From Alphaproteobacteria bacterium (GTDB lineage Bacteria > Pseudomonadota > Alphaproteobacteria > Rs-D84): 64,000 nt of DNA. Below, in pieces: positions 17,454 through 29,107 of this stretch. The notes under the pieces are model-generated. The model searched no databases. It worked only from the letters and a program-made list of their open reading frames with translations, and was not told the DNA's origin. Made by a program: the position numbers and the translations under genes. The stretch covers positions 8,192-72,191 of the forward strand of contig JAWPOE010000001.1 in the NCBI GenBank assembly GCA_033345195.1. The letters run 5' to 3'. How positions within the stretch are numbered: the stretch's first letter is position 1; each line of letters starts with the position of its first letter.

Positions 17454-18770
17454 TTATCCGCGGAAACGACCTTTCTTTTGTGCTTTTTTAATAACGCCAC
17501 TATATTGTTTTGCAACCAAGTATGACTGAACCTGATTCACAGTATCCAAAACCACACCCGCCACAATCAATACACTGGTTCCACCAATCATCAACGGCAT
17601 ACCCAAATGAGTATTCAAGATAATTGGCAATACACAAACAACTATCAAGTACGCAACACCAATCGCCGTGGTACGCGATACAACGTTATCCAGATACTTA
17701 ATTGTCTGTTCACCTGGACGAACACCTGGAACATAGCCCCCTGCATTTTTCAGATTATTACTGGTTTCCTCTGAATTGAATATAACCGCCGTCTGGAAAT
17801 ACGCAAAGAACGCAATCAAAACCGTAAACAGAATGATATACGACCATGTACCATACGTAAAGAATCCCATAATTGTTTGAACGGTTAAATTCTCACTCTG
17901 AACAAAACGCTGAACAAATGCAGGCAACATCATAATAGACGATGCAAACACCGGCCCCATAACCCCAGACATATTAATCTTGATTGGCAAATAAGATGCA
18001 TTTGTATTCATAACACCATTCGCCATCGCCTGACGTGGATATAAAATCTGAATACGACGCTGTGCCTGTTCAAAGAATGCAATCAATGCAATAATTCCAA
18101 CCACAAACGCAACAATCAACGCAATCATCGCTGGTGAAATCTGACCCACAGATCCCAATGACAACAACTGTGCAATGCCACCTGGAACCTCTGCAATGAT
18201 ACCTGCAAAGATTAACAATGATGCGCCCTGCCCGATACCACGTGCGGTAATCTGTTCTGCCAACCACATGACAAACACAGTACCACCAACCAACGCGATA
18301 ATCGCAGACAATTCAAACGCAAAACCTGGATTCACAACCGCTGCAACGCCATTAACCGGCGCCATCATTTCCAGACCACGCACAACAGCCCAGCCCTGAA
18401 CAACAGCCAACAATACCGCCAAATAACGTGTATATTGGTTAATTTTAACGCGCCCAGATTCGCCCTCTTTACGCAATTCACCCAAAGACTTGCTGGTTGC
18501 ACTTAACAACTGCAATACGATCGATGCCGAAATGTACGGGAAAATGTTCAATGCCAAAACAGACATACGTGACAAAGAACCACCACTGAACATATCAAAC
18601 ATGCCCATCATACCATTATCGCCTTGGAACAAATGCAACACAGCCGATGCATTCACACCCGGCAATGGAATAAATGAACCAATACGATAAACAATCAACG
18701 CACCCAATGTAAACAAGATACGTTTTTGCAAATCACTAAGATTACCAAAAAAGTCTTTCAAGAATTTCAT
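17454..18770 (-). CDS. secY: Preprotein translocase subunit SecY
   Basis: 438-aa polytopic membrane protein with a conserved SecY sequence, at the end of the spc operon. Confidence 0.95.
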   Translation of the reverse strand: MKFLKDFFGNLSDLQKRILFTLGALIVYRIGSFIPLPGVNASAVLHLFQGDNGMMGMFDMFSGGSLSRMSVLALNIFPYISASIVLQLLSATSKSLGELRKEGESGRVKINQYTRYLAVLLAVVQGWAVVRGLEMMAPVNGVAAVVNPGFAFELSAIIALVGGTVFVMWLAEQITARGIGQGASLLIFAGIIAEVPGGIAQLLSLGSVGQISPAMIALIVAFVVGIIALIAFFEQAQRRIQILYPRQAMANGVMNTNASYLPIKINMSGVMGPVFASSIMMLPAFVQRFVQSENLTVQTIMGFFTYGTWSYIILFTVLIAFFAYFQTAVIFNSEETSNNLKNAGGYVPGVRPGEQTIKYLDNVVSRTTAIGVAYLIVVCVLPIILNTHLGMPLMIGGTSVLIVAGVVLDTVNQVQSYLVAKQYSGVIKKAQKKGRFRG

Positions 18771-18830
18771 GATACGAACTTTTAACCATTGACAGACATC
18801 TGGTCGCCCAGATGCCTGCTATCAGTTTTT

Positions 18831-19289
18831 TTAGTTGTTTTTAATAGAACCACCGGCTTTAACAATTGCTGCTTCTGCTGCCTTGGACCACTTGTCCGCA
18901 ACAACATTAACTGCCGTCTTAATTTCGCCTTTGGCCAAAACTTTCAAACCGCTCATCTTGCGATTGATAATTTTTGCAGCCAACAAAGAATCAATTGTGA
19001 TAACTTCTTTTGCATCAATTTTACCTGATGCGATGAATTTTTCAATATCACCCAAGTTAATTGTCACATATTCTTTGGCAAATGGATTATTGAAACCAAA
19101 TTTTGGGAAACGACGCAAAATTGGCATCTGTCCACCTTGGAATGTTGCCTGCTTGCGTGAACCGCTGCGCGCCTTTTGACCTTTGTGACCACGACCTGCG
19201 GTTTTACCAGAACCAGAACCAATACCACGACCAACGCGCGTTGCACTTTGACGTGCACCCAAATTATCCATCAATGCATTTAATTTCAT
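18831..19289 (-). CDS. rplO: 50S ribosomal protein L15
   Basis: Conserved L15 sequence (GRGIGSGSGKTAGRGHKGQKARSG). Confidence 0.95.
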   Translation of the reverse strand: MKLNALMDNLGARQSATRVGRGIGSGSGKTAGRGHKGQKARSGSRKQATFQGGQMPILRRFPKFGFNNPFAKEYVTINLGDIEKFIASGKIDAKEVITIDSLLAAKIINRKMSGLKVLAKGEIKTAVNVVADKWSKAAEAAIVKAGGSIKNN

Positions 19290-19376
19290 TTCTTTTTCCT
19301 TTTGTCCTATAACTACAATCTATGTAGTTCTTTGTCGCACGAAAACAAGATGTATTTTCGTACTCGGTTAATATAT

Positions 19377-19553
19377 TTATTTTACAACTTCGACCAAGTG
19401 TGCAACTTTGGCAATCATACCACGAACAGATGGTGTATCTGTCAGTTCTTTTGTCTTACCAATGCGCCCCAAGCCCAACGCCTTCACAATTTTAACTTGT
19501 GATTCTGGACGGCCGATAGTGCTTTTAACTTGTTTTACAATTACTTTTGCCAT
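19377..19553 (-). CDS. rpmD: 50S ribosomal protein L30
   Basis: Hand-translated: MAKVIVKQVKSTIGRPESQVKIVKALGLGRIGKTKELTDTPSVRGMIAKVAHLVEVVK (58 aa). It is below the track cutoff and lies between rpsE and rplO. Confidence 0.9.
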   Translation of the reverse strand: MAKVIVKQVKSTIGRPESQVKIVKALGLGRIGKTKELTDTPSVRGMIAKVAHLVEVVK

Positions 19554-19587
19554 AATTCAAACTCCGTTTATTTTATCTTTGCCCAGA

Positions 19588-20148
19588 TTATTTTGCGTCT
19601 GTTGCAACAGGTGCTTCCAATTTTTTACCATCACGACCTGCGATGATTTCTGCAACTGTTTTGCCACGACGTGCCGCCACTGTTTTTGGAGAGTTCATTT
19701 TATTGAACGCCAAGAACGCTGCACGAATCATGTTGTTTGGATTATTAGAACCCTGTGATTTAACAACAACGTCCTGAACACCCAAGCATTCAAACACTGC
19801 ACGCAACGCACCACCTGCGATGATACCAGTACCTGGAACCGCACTACGCACAACCAGTTTACTTGCACCATACTTCGCAGCACTATCATGATGCAATGTA
19901 CGACCTTCTTTCAAAGGAACGCGCATCATTTTTGCCTTTGCTGCCTTTGTCGCTTTCTGTACAGCAGACTGTACTTCCAACGCTTTACCTTTACCGAAAC
20001 CTACGCGACCTGCTTTGTCACCGACCACAACCAAGGCCGAGAAAGACATATTACGACCGCCCTTTACAGTTTTGGATACACGGTTGATAGAAACCAATTT
20101 ATCTACCAAGTTATCCGTCTGCAATTTTTTATCATCAAAACGTGCCAT
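19588..20148 (-). CDS. rpsE: 30S ribosomal protein S5
   Basis: Conserved S5 sequence in the expected operon position. Confidence 0.95.
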   Translation of the reverse strand: MARFDDKKLQTDNLVDKLVSINRVSKTVKGGRNMSFSALVVVGDKAGRVGFGKGKALEVQSAVQKATKAAKAKMMRVPLKEGRTLHHDSAAKYGASKLVVRSAVPGTGIIAGGALRAVFECLGVQDVVVKSQGSNNPNNMIRAAFLAFNKMNSPKTVAARRGKTVAEIIAGRDGKKLEAPVATDAK

Positions 20149-20172
20149 TATTATACTCCGTCTTATTTAAAT

Positions 20173-20529
20173 TTAGATTCTAACGCCACCTGCGCGGATT
20201 GCTTCGCACAGTGCCTTTACACGACCGTGATAACGATAACCACCACGATCAAAATAACAATTATCAGCAATTTTTGCTGCAACTACGCGTTCAGCAAATG
20301 CTTTGCCAACCAGTTCGGCACCGGCAACATTCCAACCCTTACCTGCAAACGCTTTTTCTTTCGATGATGCAGCACAGATTGTGTGACCCTTGGTGTCATC
20401 AATCGCCTGAATTTCAATATGGCGACCAGAACGGAACACTGACAAACGAATTTTGCCAGGATTTTTTCTTTTCAACGCACCACGATTTGCCAGTGTGCGT
20501 CTTTCTTCTGTAGATAAATGTTTCAACAT
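20173..20529 (-). CDS. rplR: 50S ribosomal protein L18
   Basis: The track start at 20550 is TTG. The ATG at 20529 (MLKHLSTEERR..) has a GGGAAAAG RBS. Confidence 0.9.
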   Translation of the reverse strand: MLKHLSTEERRTLANRGALKRKNPGKIRLSVFRSGRHIEIQAIDDTKGHTICAASSKEKAFAGKGWNVAGAELVGKAFAERVVAAKIADNCYFDRGGYRYHGRVKALCEAIRAGGVRI

Positions 20530-20581
20530 TTTCTTTTCCCTTTTTTCCAATTCCCGTAACAGCGGGAATCAAAGTTAACTA

Positions 20582-21133
20582 TTATTTCTTCTTACCTTCC
20601 TTGCGGCGGATTTGTTCGCCCTTATAGAAGATACCCTTACCCTTGTATGGATCTGCTTTACGAACCTTGTGAATCTTGTCAGCAAACAAACCAACCAGGC
20701 ATTTATCCATACCTTTTACAGTAAATTCTGTTGGTGCGGCACCCATTTCAACAGTCAAACCTGCTGGGATATCCATGATAACATCATGAGAATAACCTGC
20801 AACCAAAACCAACTGACTGCCTTTTACAGATGCTTTGTAACCAACACCTTTCATATACATTGGTTTTTCAAAGCCTTTTGATACACCTTCGATTGCATTA
20901 CGAACATTGCGTGCCATTGTGCCCCACATTGTTCTTGATGCTTTTTCTTCTGCATCTTTTGGATTGATAACAACCTGACCTTCTTCGATAACGATATCAA
21001 CCAAGCCAGCATTTTTTGTATCCAATGGTAATTTCAATTCACCCTTTGGCCCTTTGACGACTAATGCGTTGTCAGCAATTGCTACACTAACGCCTTCAGC
21101 TAATTTAACTGGATATTTTCCTGCACGAGACAT
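20582..21133 (-). CDS. rplF: 50S ribosomal protein L6
   Basis: MSRAGKYPVKL.. is a conserved L6 start. Confidence 0.95.
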   Translation of the reverse strand: MSRAGKYPVKLAEGVSVAIADNALVVKGPKGELKLPLDTKNAGLVDIVIEEGQVVINPKDAEEKASRTMWGTMARNVRNAIEGVSKGFEKPMYMKGVGYKASVKGSQLVLVAGYSHDVIMDIPAGLTVEMGAAPTEFTVKGMDKCLVGLFADKIHKVRKADPYKGKGIFYKGEQIRRKEGKKK

Positions 21134-21151
21134 AACTTAATCCTCACTTTA

Positions 21152-21550
21152 TTAAATAACCTTGCACAATACTTCGCCACCGACATTCATCAAGCGTGCC
21201 TTGTGATCAGTCATAACGCCATTTGGTGTAGAAACAATTGCGATACCCAAACCATTCAAAACCTTTGGCATTTTTGCACTGCCGGAATAAACACGGCGAC
21301 CTGGCTTAGATACAACTGAAATTTCTTGGATTGCACCGTTTCCGCCTACATACTTTAATTCAATGACCAGATTTGAACGATGTTCATCAATCTGTTCTTT
21401 ACGGAAATCAGTAATAAAACCTTCTTCTTTTAATACAGACAAAACGGCTTGACGCAATTTGCTGTTTGGAACGACGACTGTTTCCTTACCTGCATTTTGA
21501 CCATTGCGAATGCGGGTAATCATATCGCCGATTGGGTGTGATAGTGACAT
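21152..21550 (-). CDS. rpsH: 30S ribosomal protein S8
   Basis: The start was set at MSLSHPIGDMITRIRNG, the canonical S8 N-terminus. Confidence 0.92.
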   Translation of the reverse strand: MSLSHPIGDMITRIRNGQNAGKETVVVPNSKLRQAVLSVLKEEGFITDFRKEQIDEHRSNLVIELKYVGGNGAIQEISVVSKPGRRVYSGSAKMPKVLNGLGIAIVSTPNGVMTDHKARLMNVGGEVLCKVI

Positions 21551-21632
21551 CTTTTTACTCCTTGACATCGCAGGGCAAATGCCCTGCACTGTTTTCTACA
21601 ACTGCATTGTCCACAGTTGGGTTCTTTTTATT

Positions 21633-21935
21633 TTACCAGCTAGATTTACGTACGCCTGGCAATTTACCTTCACTTGCCAATGTACGAACCTGCTGACGAC
21701 ACAGACCGAACAAACGTGAGAAACCACGTGAACGACCTGTTACACTGCAACGATTGCGCAAACGTGTTGGGTTTGCATTACGTGGCAATTTTGCCAACTT
21801 TTTCATTGCATCAATTCTTTCTTCTGGTGTCGCATCAACAGACATTTTTGCCTTGATTGTTTCACGCTTTTTTGCATACTGCGCAACCAGCTTTTCACGT
21901 TTATGTTGTTTATTGATTAACGCTAATTTAGCCAT
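21633..21935 (-). CDS. rpsN: 30S ribosomal protein S14
   Basis: The sequence runs MAKLALINKQHKR.. to ..GVRKSSW, matching S14. Confidence 0.95.
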   Translation of the reverse strand: MAKLALINKQHKREKLVAQYAKKRETIKAKMSVDATPEERIDAMKKLAKLPRNANPTRLRNRCSVTGRSRGFSRLFGLCRQQVRTLASEGKLPGVRKSSW

Positions 21936-21955
21936 TTTCTTTCAACCTTTTTTAA

Positions 21956-22501
21956 TTATTTCAAAACCAATGGCAAGCCGATTTTAGTCAGCAATGCACG
22001 TGCTTCGTCATCTGTTTTTGCTGTTGTTGCAATGACAATATCCATACCACGGATAGCATCAATTTTATCAACAGAAATTTCTGGGAATATCAAATGTTCT
22101 TTGATACCGAACGCATAGTTACCACGACCATCGAACTTTGATTTTGACAGACCACGAAAGTCCTTTACACGTGGCAATGCAACTGTAATCAGTTTATCCA
22201 AGAAATCATACATTCTTTTACCACGCAAGGTCACTTTTGTACCAATTGGCTGACCTTCGCGCAAACGATATGTTGCAATTGATTTTTTTGCACGTGTGAC
22301 GACAGACTTTTGTGCTGCAATCGCTGTCAAATCAGTAACCGCCGCATCCAATTTCTTTTTATCAGAAACAGCTGCACCAACGCCCATATTCAAAACAATC
22401 TTGGTCAGTTTTGGAACTGCCAATGCATTTTTGTAACCGAATTCTTTTACCAATTCTGGCACAATTTCTTTTTCATAAATTTCACGCAATCTGCTTTGCA
22501 T
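21956..22501 (-). CDS. rplE: 50S ribosomal protein L5
   Basis: The start was set at [15 protein letters not shown]. The upstream track extension is implausible. Confidence 0.92.
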   Translation of the reverse strand: MQSRLREIYEKEIVPELVKEFGYKNALAVPKLTKIVLNMGVGAAVSDKKKLDAAVTDLTAIAAQKSVVTRAKKSIATYRLREGQPIGTKVTLRGKRMYDFLDKLITVALPRVKDFRGLSKSKFDGRGNYAFGIKEHLIFPEISVDKIDAIRGMDIVIATTAKTDDEARALLTKIGLPLVLK

Positions 22502-22556
22502 TTCTTTTTTCCTTTTGTTGTGTCCCCGTAACAGCGGGCAACAATTCACCTAAATC

Positions 22557-22859
22557 TTATATTTCCGCACCAGATTTTTTTGCAACGCGAACTTTTTTAC
22601 CATCTTTCATTTCGTAACCAACGCGTGTTGCTTTTTTGGTTTTTGGATCAACCAATGCAACGTTGGATACATGAACAGGTGCTTCGCGATCAATAATATG
22701 ACCTGGCTGTTCTTGTGTTGGTTTGATGTGCCATTTACGGCGATTAACACCTTCAACCACTACACGGGATTCTGCTGGGCGTGCTTCCAGCACTTTGCCT
22801 TTGACGCCTTTGTATTTTCCCGAAATAACTACGACTTCGTCGCCTTTTTTGATTTTCAT
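22557..22859 (-). CDS. rplX: 50S ribosomal protein L24
   Basis: [18 protein letters not shown].. is a conserved L24 start. Confidence 0.95.
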   Translation of the reverse strand: MKIKKGDEVVVISGKYKGVKGKVLEARPAESRVVVEGVNRRKWHIKPTQEQPGHIIDREAPVHVSNVALVDPKTKKATRVGYEMKDGKKVRVAKKSGAEI

Positions 22860-22881
22860 GATATAACCTTCTATGTTATTT

Positions 22882-23256
22882 TTAGATTACTTCCGGTGCC
22901 AAAGACACGATTTTCTGAACATCGTATTTACGACGAACTTCACGGGCAATCGGCCCAAAGATACGTGTTCCAATTGGTTCAAAGTTGTTCTTGTTAATCA
23001 AAACAACCGCATTATCGTCAAAACGGATAATAGAGCCGTCTGGACGTTTTACTGGGAACTTTGTACGAACGATAATTGCACGTTGCACTGTACCTTTTTG
23101 AACTTTACCACGTGGAATGGCTTCTTTAATGGCAACAACAATTTTGTCACCAACTGTTGCATAACGACGATGAGAACCGCCCAAAACCTTGATGCACATC
23201 GCTTTACGCGCACCAGAGTTATCTGCAACTGTCATAACTGTTTCATTTTGAATCAT
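22882..23256 (-). CDS. rplN: 50S ribosomal protein L14
   Basis: [18 protein letters not shown].. is a conserved L14 start. Confidence 0.95.
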   Translation of the reverse strand: MIQNETVMTVADNSGARKAMCIKVLGGSHRRYATVGDKIVVAIKEAIPRGKVQKGTVQRAIIVRTKFPVKRPDGSIIRFDDNAVVLINKNNFEPIGTRIFGPIAREVRRKYDVQKIVSLAPEVI

Positions 23257-23362
23257 AACTTTAATCCTTTTCCTGCAAATCGGGCAATCCCCAACTGCTT
23301 TGTTATAGGTTCCGACTGTCGCCTTATTATTCCCGAACCGACCTCAAAGAACCTGTTGATTA

Positions 23363-23632
23363 TTAGTCAACTACTTCTACTGCACCGTCTTTGGAAACAC
23401 CAACGCGCCCCTTTACAACCCAAGACTTTGTCTTAGAGATTGGACGATGTTCTTCAATTGCAACGATTTCACCAACTTTATATTCGTTGTTTTCATCGTG
23501 CGCTTTGTACTTTTTATTCTGCTTCACGAACTTACCATACAGCGGATGACGGAAACGACGTTCCACTTCTACAACGACGGTTTTGTCGTTTGCTGTACTT
23601 GTAACTGTTCCTTGCAGTATACGTCTTGGCAT
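23363..23632 (-). CDS. rpsQ: 30S ribosomal protein S17
   Basis: The start was set at [12 protein letters not shown].., an S17 N-terminus. Confidence 0.9.
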   Translation of the reverse strand: MPRRILQGTVTSTANDKTVVVEVERRFRHPLYGKFVKQNKKYKAHDENNEYKVGEIVAIEEHRPISKTKSWVVKGRVGVSKDGAVEVVD

Positions 23633-23781
23633 AACTTTGTCCCTTATACTGTTGCTTAACCCACGGATTTTACGTATTTTTTCGCGCAAAACCCACGGAT
23701 TAAATCCTTGTTTTTATTTTTCTGACCCTGCCTATGATACCTAAATTTTTAGAAATCTCAACAAAAATCAGCAATTCACCA

Positions 23782-23973
23782 TTATTTTTTTGCCGCGTTC
23801 AGTTTTGTCTTTACACGTGCAATTTCACGACGGGTCTGACGCATAACATGTGTTTTTGGCATCTGACCTGCTGCATGTTGAAAGCGTTGGTTCATTTGTT
23901 CTTTTTTCAAATCAGCCAATTTGCTTTCCAATGCTTCTGTCGTCAATTCGTTTTCAACTTTCTTTTCTGCCAT
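23782..23973 (-). CDS. rpmC: 50S ribosomal protein L29
   Basis: The track start is TTG. The ATG at 23973 gives MAEKKVENELTTEALESKLADLKKEQMNQRFQ, which is L29-like. Confidence 0.85.
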   Translation of the reverse strand: MAEKKVENELTTEALESKLADLKKEQMNQRFQHAAGQMPKTHVMRQTRREIARVKTKLNAAKK

Positions 23974-24026
23974 TTTAGCTACCTTTTTTTGCTTATTCTG
24001 GGCTTTCGCCCAGGATTGCAATTTAA

Positions 24027-24440
24027 TTAGTTAACTTTACGTTCAACAACTTTTGTTTTGACTGGCAGTTTTGCCGCCGCCAATGCGAACGCTTCGTATG
24101 CAACTTCTGGTTTTACACCGTCCAATTCGAACATAATACGTCCTGGTTTAACACGGCAAATCCAGTATTCAACAGCGCCCTTACCTTTACCCATACGAAC
24201 TTCGGCTGGTTTCTTGGTTACAGGAACGTCTGGGAATATACGAATCCACAATTTACCCATACGACGCATATGACGTGTGATTGCACGACGCGCTGCTTCG
24301 ATTTGACGCGCTGTGACACGTTCTGGTGACATAGCCTTCAATCCAAAAGAACCGAATGCTAATTCACTGCCACCTTTCGCAACACCGTGAATACGGCCTT
24401 TGTGCTGTTTGCGAAATTTTGTTTTCTTTGGCATTAACAT
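24027..24440 (-). CDS. rplP: 50S ribosomal protein L16
   Basis: [16 protein letters not shown].. is a conserved L16 start. Confidence 0.95.
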   Translation of the reverse strand: MLMPKKTKFRKQHKGRIHGVAKGGSELAFGSFGLKAMSPERVTARQIEAARRAITRHMRRMGKLWIRIFPDVPVTKKPAEVRMGKGKGAVEYWICRVKPGRIMFELDGVKPEVAYEAFALAAAKLPVKTKVVERKVN

Positions 24441-24475
24441 AATACAAATCCTTCAATTTAATAATTGTTAAATTA

Positions 24476-25177
24476 TTATTTGTGCTTTCTTTCGCTGCTG
24501 CCGGCATATTCTGTCGGACGCGCCATTTCAGAAGCCAATTTATCTTTATTAACAACATCACCAGTATAAATCCAAACTTTTACACCGATAACACCATATG
24601 TTGTCTTTGCCTGAATTGACGCATAGTCAATATCTGCACGCAATGTATGCAGTGGGATACGACCTTCGCGGATTTGTTCGCTACGTGCGATTTCAGCACC
24701 ATTCAAACGACCAGAGCACATAACTTTGATACCCTGTGCGCCTGCTTTCTGAGCATTCTGCACAGCTTTTTTCATCGCGCGTTTGAAAGAAACACGGCCT
24801 TCGATTTGCTGTGCGATATTCTGCGCAACCAACTGCGCATTCAGGTCAGGACGGCGAACTTCGTAAATATTTACAACAACCTGGTCATTCTTAACCAGTT
24901 TTTTGATATCATTACGCAATGCTTCGATATCTGCACCGTTCTTACCAATAATCATACCAGGTCTGCTAGTATGAATAGTCACGACAACCTTTTTGGCAAA
25001 GCGTTCAATAACAACCTTGGCCAAACCGGCTTTCTTTAATTTCTTTTCAATAAATTTGCGAATTTTAATATCTTCGGCCAATTTTGCACCGTATTCTTTT
25101 TTATTCGCAATCCAACGTGAATCTGTAATCTTGTTGATAAATTCACGCAATGAAATTGGTGATACTTTCTGTCCCAT
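24476..25177 (-). CDS. rpsC: 30S ribosomal protein S3
   Basis: [11 protein letters not shown].. is a conserved S3 start. Confidence 0.95.
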   Translation of the reverse strand: MGQKVSPISLREFINKITDSRWIANKKEYGAKLAEDIKIRKFIEKKLKKAGLAKVVIERFAKKVVVTIHTSRPGMIIGKNGADIEALRNDIKKLVKNDQVVVNIYEVRRPDLNAQLVAQNIAQQIEGRVSFKRAMKKAVQNAQKAGAQGIKVMCSGRLNGAEIARSEQIREGRIPLHTLRADIDYASIQAKTTYGVIGVKVWIYTGDVVNKDKLASEMARPTEYAGSSERKHK

Positions 25178-25268
25178 TTCTTTTTTCCTTTAACTTAGCA
25201 ATGGGGCGTTCTTGAAGCCTGCGCTTTATTCAGGAATTTTCATTCCATACCGCCCCATCACGACTTTA

Positions 25269-25673
25269 TTATTTTGCTGCTTCTTTCTTTGACTTTTTCT
25301 TAGAAGGTGCAACGCCAGATTCCAAAACGATTGTCAAGTTTGAGAAAGGTTTCAAAATTGGACGTGCACTGCCACGTGGGCCGGCCATAATGCGCTTCAT
25401 AGTCAATGCTTTACCACACCAAATTTCTTTGACGTATAAAGTATCAACTGGCAACTTTTTGTTGTGTTCTGCATTTGCAACCGCAGACAACAAAGTTTTC
25501 AGCACTTCGCCAGCAACACGTTTCTTTGAAAATTTCAAGACATCAACAGCGCGTTCTACTGGTAAACCACGAACCAAGTCGCATACCAGATTCAGCTTCT
25601 GATGGCTAACGCGGATCATTTTGTTAAATGCGCGTGCCTGATTTTCTTTAATTCCATATCTTGTCGTTGTCAT
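25269..25673 (-). CDS. rplV: 50S ribosomal protein L22
   Basis: Conserved L22 sequence in the expected operon position. Confidence 0.93.
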   Translation of the reverse strand: MTTTRYGIKENQARAFNKMIRVSHQKLNLVCDLVRGLPVERAVDVLKFSKKRVAGEVLKTLLSAVANAEHNKKLPVDTLYVKEIWCGKALTMKRIMAGPRGSARPILKPFSNLTIVLESGVAPSKKKSKKEAAK

Positions 25674-25689
25674 AACTACTTACCCTATA

Positions 25690-25977
25690 TTATTTTTTGC
25701 CTGCTGCGGCTTTCTTGTTAGCGGCATGACCCTTAAATGTACGTGTTGGTGCAAATTCACCCAATTTGTGCCCAATCATATCTTCTACGATAGACACAGG
25801 AATGAACTTATTACCATTGTGTACTTCAAATGTCAATCCAACCATCTGTGGTATAATTGTACTACCACGAGACCAAGTTTTAATTGGTTTACGGTCATCT
25901 GTTTCAATTGCCTTGGCTGTTTTCTTCAAAACAGAAGGATGAACATAAGGACCTTTCCATACTGAACGAGACATCAT
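25690..25977 (-). CDS. rpsS: 30S ribosomal protein S19
   Basis: (M)[11 protein letters not shown].. matches S19. The start could be 25974. Confidence 0.93.
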   Translation of the reverse strand: MMSRSVWKGPYVHPSVLKKTAKAIETDDRKPIKTWSRGSTIIPQMVGLTFEVHNGNKFIPVSIVEDMIGHKLGEFAPTRTFKGHAANKKAAAGKK

Positions 25978-25996
25978 TTACTCCGTTTTTTACTTA

Positions 25997-26830
25997 TTAT
26001 TTCTTTTTCGCCAAATGTCTGCTGCGAATAATCATCTTAGCAGTACGTTTATTGCTACGGGTACGATATCCCTTGGCTGGAATACCTGTACGTGATACCG
26101 GTTCGTGGCCCTTAGAGTGACCATTACCACCACCCATTGGGTGATCTACTGGGTTCATAGCCATACCACGTACTGATGGGCGTATACCCAACCAACGTGC
26201 ACGACCTGCCTTACCCAAGTTGACATTGCGCTGATCTGGATTAGATACGCTGCCAACTGTTGCCAAACAATCGGAATGAACTTTACGCAACTCACCGCTG
26301 TTCATTTTAATCTGTGCATAAACGCCGTCTTTACCCATCAATTGAGCATAGCAGCCTGCACTACGTGCCAACTGACCACCTGCACCTGGTTTCAATTCAA
26401 CGTTATGTACTATTGTACCGATTGGCATATTCTTTAATGGCATTGTGTTACCTGGTTTAATATCTGCATGTGCAGCCGAGATAACAACATCACCAGCCTT
26501 TAAATCGCGTGGTGCCAAAATATAAGAACGCATACCGTCTGTATATTCAATCAATGCAATAAATGCAGTACGGTTTGGATCGTATTCCAAACGAACAACT
26601 GTCGCTGGGATATCTGTCTTTTTACGTTTAAAGTCAATCAAACGATATTTACGTTTATGACCACCACCCTGATGTGGTACAGTCACATGACCAAAATTAT
26701 TGCGTCCACCCTTGGACTTCAAACCAACAGTCAGTGCCTTTTCTGGCGCACCACGGTGCAATTCACTGCGGTCAACCTGGGTCAAACCACGTGTACCTGG
26801 TGTTGTTGGCTTATAATGTTTTAATGCCAT
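25997..26830 (-). CDS. rplB: 50S ribosomal protein L2
   Basis: [15 protein letters not shown].. is a conserved L2 start. Confidence 0.95.
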   Translation of the reverse strand: MALKHYKPTTPGTRGLTQVDRSELHRGAPEKALTVGLKSKGGRNNFGHVTVPHQGGGHKRKYRLIDFKRKKTDIPATVVRLEYDPNRTAFIALIEYTDGMRSYILAPRDLKAGDVVISAAHADIKPGNTMPLKNMPIGTIVHNVELKPGAGGQLARSAGCYAQLMGKDGVYAQIKMNSGELRKVHSDCLATVGSVSNPDQRNVNLGKAGRARWLGIRPSVRGMAMNPVDHPMGGGNGHSKGHEPVSRTGIPAKGYRTRSNKRTAKMIIRSRHLAKKK

Positions 26831-26904
26831 TTTTTCTTACCTTTGTTTATGCCTTGACACTAGCATCCATGAATCTGGGTTCTCTGCCAAGGCCGTTCAT
26901 TATA

Positions 26905-27237
26905 CTATATATTTGCGGACAAATCCAGTTTTGCATCTGCCGGCAAAGATACATATGCTTTTTTAACAGTGCGCTGTGTACCTGTGCTGCGACCACGGAA
27001 AGTTTTAACCTTACCTTTTACAACTACGATGTTAACCTTAGATGGTTTTACACCATAGATTGCTTCGACTGCACGTGCAACATCTTCTTTGGTCGCATTT
27101 ACTGCGACTTCGAATGCAACACCATTGCTTTCAGACAGTTTTGCTGCCTTTTCCGAGATAATCGGACGACGCAGTATATCATAAATACCGGCGGTCGCAA
27201 CGACTTTTTTCTCTGTGCTTACTTTTTTTTCTGCCAT
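26905..27237 (-). CDS. rplW: 50S ribosomal protein L23
   Basis: The track start is TTG. The ATG at 27237 gives MAEKKVSTEKK..YDILRRPIISEKA. Confidence 0.88.
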   Translation of the reverse strand: MAEKKVSTEKKVVATAGIYDILRRPIISEKAAKLSESNGVAFEVAVNATKEDVARAVEAIYGVKPSKVNIVVVKGKVKTFRGRSTGTQRTVKKAYVSLPADAKLDLSANI

Positions 27238-27261
27238 TTTGCTTACCTTCAATTCTTATGA

Positions 27262-27882
27262 TTACGCCAATCTTGCTTCAACCGCTTTGACTGCGTCTGC
27301 TGTCAAAACCAATTTTTCATGTTTCAGAATATCCAAAACATTCAAACCCATTGTTGGCAAAACATCAATATTTGCGATATTTGCCGCAGATTTCTTGAAG
27401 TTTTCATCCAATTCTGTTGCACCAACGAACAATGCAGATGCAATTTCCAGTTTCTTTAACTGTTTCGCAAATGCGCCTGTTTTTGCAGATGCCAATTTTT
27501 CAGAATCAATAATAACCAAGCTGCCATCTTTTGCCTTTGAAGACAACGCCATTTTCAAGCCCAAGCTGCGGATTTTCTTTGGCAAGTCAATAGAATGGTC
27601 GCGAACGACTGGTCCATGAACAACGCCACCGCCACGCATGTGAACATTATATCTTTCACCCTGACGTGCATTACCTGTCTTTTTCTGTTTGAATGCTTTC
27701 TTGCCACTGCCTGCAACATCAGATACAGATTTTACTGCATGTGTACCTGCACGTTGCTTTGCACGCTGCCATGTGACAACGCGATGCAAGATGTCTGCAC
27801 GTGGTTCCAAGCCAAAGACGCTATCAGTCAGTTCAACAGAACCAACTTTTTTTCCATCGAAATTAATAATATCTAATTGCAT
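27262..27882 (-). CDS. rplD: 50S ribosomal protein L4
   Basis: Conserved L4 sequence in the expected operon position. Confidence 0.95.
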   Translation of the reverse strand: MQLDIINFDGKKVGSVELTDSVFGLEPRADILHRVVTWQRAKQRAGTHAVKSVSDVAGSGKKAFKQKKTGNARQGERYNVHMRGGGVVHGPVVRDHSIDLPKKIRSLGLKMALSSKAKDGSLVIIDSEKLASAKTGAFAKQLKKLEIASALFVGATELDENFKKSAANIANIDVLPTMGLNVLDILKHEKLVLTADAVKAVEARLA

Positions 27883-27912
27883 TTTATTTACCTCACTCTT
27901 GCTGTTAACTTA

Positions 27913-28638
27913 TTATTCCGCAACAGCTTCTGTTTCGGTTGCTGTTTCAGCTACAACTTCTTCTGCTTTTGCAGCGACTGTTGGAACTGGCAAATCTTTG
28001 TGTTCTTTTTTAATCGCGTCTGTAACCAGAACAAATGTGCCATTTGCACCTGGAACTGCGCCTTCAACGAAGATCAAGTTTTCTGCTTCGTCTGTACCGA
28101 ACACTTTCAAATTCTGAACAGTGACAATTTCATTACCCATCTGTCCAGCCATCTTTTTACCTTTCAAAACACGGCCTGGCCATTCACGCATACCAGTACC
28201 ACCGATGGAACGATGTGCTTTCAGAACACCGTGGGTTGCTTCCTTACCGCCAAAGTTATGACGTTTCATCGCACCCTGGAATCCTTTACCTTTACTTGTT
28301 GCTTGGACATCAACGAATTGACCGGCAACAAAATGAGATGCCAACAACTGTGTCCCTGCTGGGATAACACAATCATCTGACACACGGAATTCTACAACCT
28401 TACGAAAGGGCTTTACGCCTGCTTTTTCGGCTGCAACCAATTGTGGTTTTGCAACATGTTTTGCCTTGGCTTCGCGCAAACCCAAAATGTTTGCAACATA
28501 ACCGTTCTTTTCTTGCGTGCGATTTCCAATAACAGTGCAATCACCAACAGCCAAAACTGTGACTGGATGTGCAACACCGCCATCATCATACAGACGCGTC
28601 ATTCCAATTTTTGTTGTAATTAATCCGCTACGTTTCAT
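27913..28638 (-). CDS. rplC: 50S ribosomal protein L3 (acidic C-terminal extension)
   Basis: MKRSGLITTKIGMTRLYD.. is a conserved L3 start. Confidence 0.95.
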   Translation of the reverse strand: MKRSGLITTKIGMTRLYDDGGVAHPVTVLAVGDCTVIGNRTQEKNGYVANILGLREAKAKHVAKPQLVAAEKAGVKPFRKVVEFRVSDDCVIPAGTQLLASHFVAGQFVDVQATSKGKGFQGAMKRHNFGGKEATHGVLKAHRSIGGTGMREWPGRVLKGKKMAGQMGNEIVTVQNLKVFGTDEAENLIFVEGAVPGANGTFVLVTDAIKKEHKDLPVPTVAAKAEEVVAETATETEAVAE

Positions 28639-28718
28639 TTTTTTATGCCTTTTTTTATGTCAGTTGGTTGGAATGGTTCAGAATAATCCCACGCCAACAC
28701 TAACAGTTAATTTATTTT

Positions 28719-29030
28719 TTACAATTTAATCTTTACATCTACACCTGACGCCAAATCCAACTTCATCAAGGCATCTACTGTCTGAGGGGTTGGATTAACA
28801 ATATCGACAACCGCCTTGTGATTGCGGATTTCGAACTGTTCACGTGACTTTTTATCAACGTGTGGAGAACGGTTAACTGTAAACTTCTGAATCAATGTCG
28901 GCAGGCGAACTGGACCAACGACATCCGCGCCAGTACGCTTTGCTGTTTTAACAATTTCCTCGACAGATTCCATCAAGACGCGATGATCAAACGCTGTCAA
29001 CTTGATGCGAATTTTTGATGCAGGTACCAT
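28719..29030 (-). CDS. rpsJ: 30S ribosomal protein S10
   Basis: Conserved S10 sequence; first gene of the S10 operon. Confidence 0.95.
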   Translation of the reverse strand: MVPASKIRIKLTAFDHRVLMESVEEIVKTAKRTGADVVGPVRLPTLIQKFTVNRSPHVDKKSREQFEIRNHKAVVDIVNPTPQTVDALMKLDLASGVDVKIKL

Positions 29031-29107
29031 TATTCATTTTCCTTATATTTGTCTGGGCGGTAATCACTGACGCTTTTAATTCAGTTACACCGCCCACGAC
29101 CGTTTAA

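Noticed and set aside
19308-19327. The hairpin aactaca-atcta-tgtagtt between rplO and rpmD as a fifth copy of the two-tier hairpin family.
   Set aside because: The stem arms are swapped (ctaca..tgtag rather than tgtag..ctaca), the flanking CAT/GA core bases are absent, and there is no outer stem.
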